Origin: Ancylonema sp.
Lineage: Eukaryota
NCBI GenBank assembly: GCA_050230475.1
Contig: JBFLGF010000013.1
Span: 1 to 64,000, forward strand
Direction: 5' to 3'
DNA: 64,000 nucleotides
Within the stretch, counting starts at the first letter, position 1; every line of letters begins with the position of its first letter. Of this stretch, positions 59,591-64,000 are shown piece by piece. The notes beneath the pieces are model-generated. The model searched no databases and had not been told where the DNA came from. It worked only from the letters and a program-made list of their open reading frames with translations. Position numbers and translations under genes: made by a program.

Positions 59591-60659
59591 CAAAAAACGA
59601 CCAGAATGCCTGTCTTTGGGCACGTTGTAGACCGTGACAGTTAAATATTTGTGGCGTTGCCAATCTCTTACCGTCTTGTACTCACGCATGGCATATCTTT
59701 ATATATTCGCGAGATCGGTCATTTCATATCGCACGTGTTCGTTACAACAATTGCCTTTCCGGACTAACTTACTCCTTGTTCCTTTTCGGTACACGACAAT
59801 GAGTTTCTAGACAGATGGCCCTTGTGTACGTTCATCGATTTTCTTGACTCGCGAATCTATGGCATGCTATGTACAACCTGATTGGTAGCATGCGCCGTGG
59901 TTGTGTTCTTAATATGTTGTCCATAGCGCCGATTTGACCCAACGTGATTCCCACAGTCCATGTAATTCAAGATGTGAGTTAGGGAACATTATGCAAACAG
60001 ATTGCACTCTCATGCTTTTTGAAAAATGTGGTGTAGATATAAAGAGAGCGTGCTCACGTCATGCGCAAGGCTACACCTTCAATTCTAAAGTCGCTCTCTC
60101 AAATGTTTGATTAGAAATGGCAGACTCATAGATTTCACATTAAAATCGTGATTCGGGGAGTACATCCACCTTTTCGGGACCCAATATGATGGCAACTCGA
60201 CAGCACCGTAGAAAGGCACACATGCGACTTCATGTGCCCGAGCATTTACTTTTGTGAATATAAATAATACATATGTGATTCCGTGATCGGGGAGCCGTTC
60301 ATTTGCACACGTGCGTCAAAGATGATACATCGAGCCATTAACTCTTTAGTTTTTTTTCTAACAGTTATTTACAAACATTCCAAGGCCAATCATTTGAATA
60401 TTCCTCTTACTTCCAAATCTCTAACACTCGATTGACCACTAGTACACAACTTCAGCATGAAATCATACAACTCTGTACACTAAATCATAAGATATGTATT
60501 TTGCTTATACTCATTTTCTTTTGCTTATGCTTTTACTGCACGCTTTTAGTTGCATAATGCATCCAAACATTATGAAAAGTCGATGTGTCGCATGGGGGAT
60601 TCTCCAGAAGGACTCCGATCCACGCACTCAAATCGCATCTCTGCACCGCAAATCGCATC

Positions 60660-62930
60660 TTAACAATTCCGAAATGTGGGTTTCCGTTTCTCCAAAAACG
60701 AATTCATTCCCTCTATCTGGTCCTCCAATCCGAATGCAGCGTGAAAAAGATTCCTCTCTCTTCCCAGGCCCTCCCTGAGGCCCAATTCTGCCGCGGCAGA
60801 AATGGCCTCTATTGCCATGGCCACCGCCGGTTGGGAGTGCGCAGAAATCCGGCATGCCAGGGAAACGGCTTCTGCTAAGAGGGCCTGCTGGCCGCCCGGC
60901 ACCTGCCAGGTGGCGTTACATGACAGCAAGGACCAAATCAGCCACTTGGCATCCGTGGAAAACTGTCAAAGCTGTCATATGGCCTATGCTAAGTAAAGCC
61001 AGCTGGCAGCTGATGAGGAGGGGGAATTAGGGGAAAAAGGGACTAAAAAGAGGGACTGTCTGTATCGATACACCTCGAAGATCCCTTCCATCCTCCAATC
61101 CTCACTCCACCTTCTCAGAATGTGGTGAGGTTCGGCACACCATCCGTACATTTGTGATCGCATCCCCCATATCAAAGCATCTGTTCTGGGATCTTCTATC
61201 TAGGTGAACAGAATTGGACATCCAACCGTGCACATTGCATCGCACATATCCCAAAAAGCGCAGACACTGATACCAAAAGTCGCACACATAACGAAATCTC
61301 CATATTCCTGATCAAGATGTATCCACGTCAAATTCGTTCTGACACACATTCATCTATGCATGTGGACGCGCCCTTCGTGTTAAGTGATTGTTGACAATGT
61401 TAGGAGCAAAGAATATGCACTGAGCGCTTGGCCTCTGTGTTGACAGGTGCGCCCTCCCCCAGATATGACTCACAATCCTGCTGGCAAGACCGGATCGGAC
61501 AGCTTCCCTGGCATCCATATTGAAGCTGCCCGACAAAATCATTTCCATTGCCCGAGATTTTCCCACTGCCCGGATGAGCCGTTGAGTGCCCCCCATGCCG
61601 GGAAGCACCCCAAGATTTATTTCAGGCTGCCCGAAAACGGCATTGTCTCCGACCAGAATGATGTCGCACATCATGGCCAGCTCGCACCCGCCTCCCAGAG
61701 CATACCTGGAGTGCAATCGACAAGGGACAGTGGGACCAGGGTTGCATCACTGCAGAATGTTTGGTGAGCTCCGTCTCACAGATGAACATGGAGTACATAT
61801 AAGTGGTCGCCCAATGTGAATCACATCACGATCATTCCGCATGGGCAGCGTGGCGAGGGAGTAGCGGCTGCTGATTCGTTTACAACAATTGAAGACCAGC
61901 TGGTATGTTCACCCATACTGCTAAGGGCGGCTACTAGCTGTCAAATCGCGTTTTCGATGTTATACTCGAGTCAGTACCTGGCCCTAAATCTGTTCAAGTT
62001 CAGGTTTGAGGATCAGATTCAGGTTCATTGAACCTGATCAGTTGGGAGTGCCTGCTTGCATGTCCTCCCTAAAAGTTAGGCACCTCAAACTGTCTCATCC
62101 TTACCCGCTGACAGCAGCGATGATTGGTTTCTTCACTTCAAGAATTTCCGCCCACTGCGCCAGCAGCTTGCCCTTGTAAGCGGTCACGAAGTTCTCATCC
62201 TTCATCTCCGCGATGTCAGCCCCTGCTGCAAACGCTTTCTCTGAACCAGTGATCACCATGGCACCCACCTGAGGAAGCACAGCGAGTAGGGAGAGATATG
62301 CGAGTCATTCTGTCTCGTTTGCACCAAGACTGGCTTGAATCCGTACACTCCGTACAATCCGTACGGCTGTTTTTTTTCAGCGAGAATGCGTTCTTACACC
62401 AGAGTTCTGACCTCGGGATTTTCGTCCCATGCCTCGAGCGTCGCCAGGACCTCTCGCATGGCTGTGTTGGAGAGGGCATTCAACCTAGGACCACACAGTG
62501 TCAGCAGGCCCGCTCGACCGCCTCCTTCGTCCTCCATCATGTGCACCAGCTGGGATGACAGAGTTTGGAAGCTCACATCTGGCCATGACTCAGCCACGTA
62601 ATGCACAGATGATCCGGACCCCTCACCACCCTCAGTCTCTTTGCTGGTGCTGAAATGGCTCCTGTGAGAAAGTGAGAAAAACTCATAGGGAAATGTGGTG
62701 CGGATGAAGGTGCTGTGAATGCGGGCGCAGGTGGTGCTTGTAGAATGAGTGGTAGTGTGTTTGTAGTCTAATAATGGTGCTCCAATCATCACGTTACTAT
62801 GTCGGAGGAAAGAGAAGGGGTGGAATACAGTGGTACATCGTGCCAGCGTGCGGACCGGTGGCCGTACCGTAGAGTAATTTACAATCTCACGCATACAGGT
62901 GAAGTTACATGCGAAGCGCCTCAGAGCCAT
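60660..62930 (-). CDS. Enoyl-CoA hydratase (crotonase, ECHS1-like) with long N-terminal presequence
   Basis: Exons 62930-62412, 62268-62105, 61706-61474, 60903-60660. Motifs [63 protein letters not shown] and [17 protein letters not shown]. Both catalytic Glu residues are present. Confidence 0.93.
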
Positions 62931-63511
62931 TGTGCTGTACCGTTATCATGTGTAGCATTCGGGGGAGGAAGCTGAGTCAGCCCTTGTATACATCATCAGA
63001 GGGGCTGCCTTAGGCTAATAAATAGTTCTCGGTGTAACGAGTAAGAGATACATTTCTGTTCTCTTTCCATTACCTCTTCCTCCAAGTAGACAACAAGTGC
63101 GCATAGGTGCTGTGGGCAATGACACACGGCATCAATTCAGCCATTCAGCTGCCAGGCTGGCTGGCTGGCAGGCTGCCAGGCTGGCGTGCCAAGTTGGCAA
63201 CTATAGAGTGGGATTTGTTAGCAGCAATCCAGGCGCAAATATTTACCGTGCTTCACCATACTGGATCAAAAAATTGCCGCCGAACGGGAAAACGATGGTA
63301 ATTTTCACCACTATAATGGCAACGAAATTACAGTTGAATGCAACGTACCTCTGTGACTGTAATCAAATTTGGTCGTAAAATTGCTGATCATATTAGCACG
63401 TGTAACTTCAGCTTTTCTTAATTATGTACGCAATACATATTGTGAAGCGTCCATCTAATGAACGTCCTTGTCGTGCTATATTCCATCGTGTGATGTTCTC
63501 ACGTGCGATTN

Positions 63512-63956
63512 AAGGACCACACAGTGTCAGCAGGCCCGCTCGACCGCCTCCTTCGTCCTCCATCATGTGCACCAGCTGGGATGACAGAGTTTGGAAGCTC
63601 ACATCTGGCCACGACTCAGCCACATAATGCACAGATGATCCGGACTCCTGACCACCCTCGGGCTCTTTGCTGGTGCTGAAATGGCTTATGTGAGAAAGTG
63701 AGAAAAACTCGTGGGAAAATATGGTGCGGATGAAGGTGCTGTGAATGCGGGCGCAGGTGTTGAATGTTGAATGAGTGGTATTGTGTTTGTAGTCTAATAA
63801 TGGTGCTCCAATCATCATGTTACTATTTCGGAGGAAAGAGGAAAGGTGGAATACAGTGGCACATCGTGCCAGCGTACGGGCCGGTGGCCGTGCCGTAGAG
63901 TAATTTACAATCTCACGCATGCAGGTGAAGTTACATGCGAAGCGCCTAAGAGCCAT
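63512..63956 (-). CDS. Second, diverged copy of enoyl-CoA hydratase exon 1, truncated at N 63511
   Basis: Collinear with 62486-62930. Similarity continues into upstream DNA to the window end. Confidence 0.75.
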
Positions 63957-64000
63957 TGTGCTGCACCGTTATCATGTGTAGCATTTGGGGGAGGAAGCTG

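Overview
Intron-rich eukaryotic genomic DNA, most consistent with a streptophyte green alga or early-diverging plant (plant-type RanGAP with a WPP-like domain, plant-type MED23, XBAT34/35-like ankyrin-RING gene, TTTTAGGG repeat). Genes reconstructed by hand from splice sites: NAD+ carrier (NDT-like, +), LENG1/CIR_N-like (+), RanGAP (-), a decaying ankyrin-RING gene (+), MED23 (+), tryptophan synthase beta (-), NMNAT (+) and a crotonase-type enoyl-CoA hydratase (-). A block of degenerate LTR-retrotransposon fragments lies at about 35.5-42.1 kb. Three diverged local duplications occur, two of them abutting single-N gaps (10418, 63511), so they may be alleles, homeologues or tandem paralogues. 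Introns carry many octamer tandem arrays, one of which is antisense to its own intron's 3' splice site. A 71-bp intergenic inverted repeat is present. There is no CRISPR array, rRNA or intact tRNA. Family assignments come from recalled motifs, not database searches.
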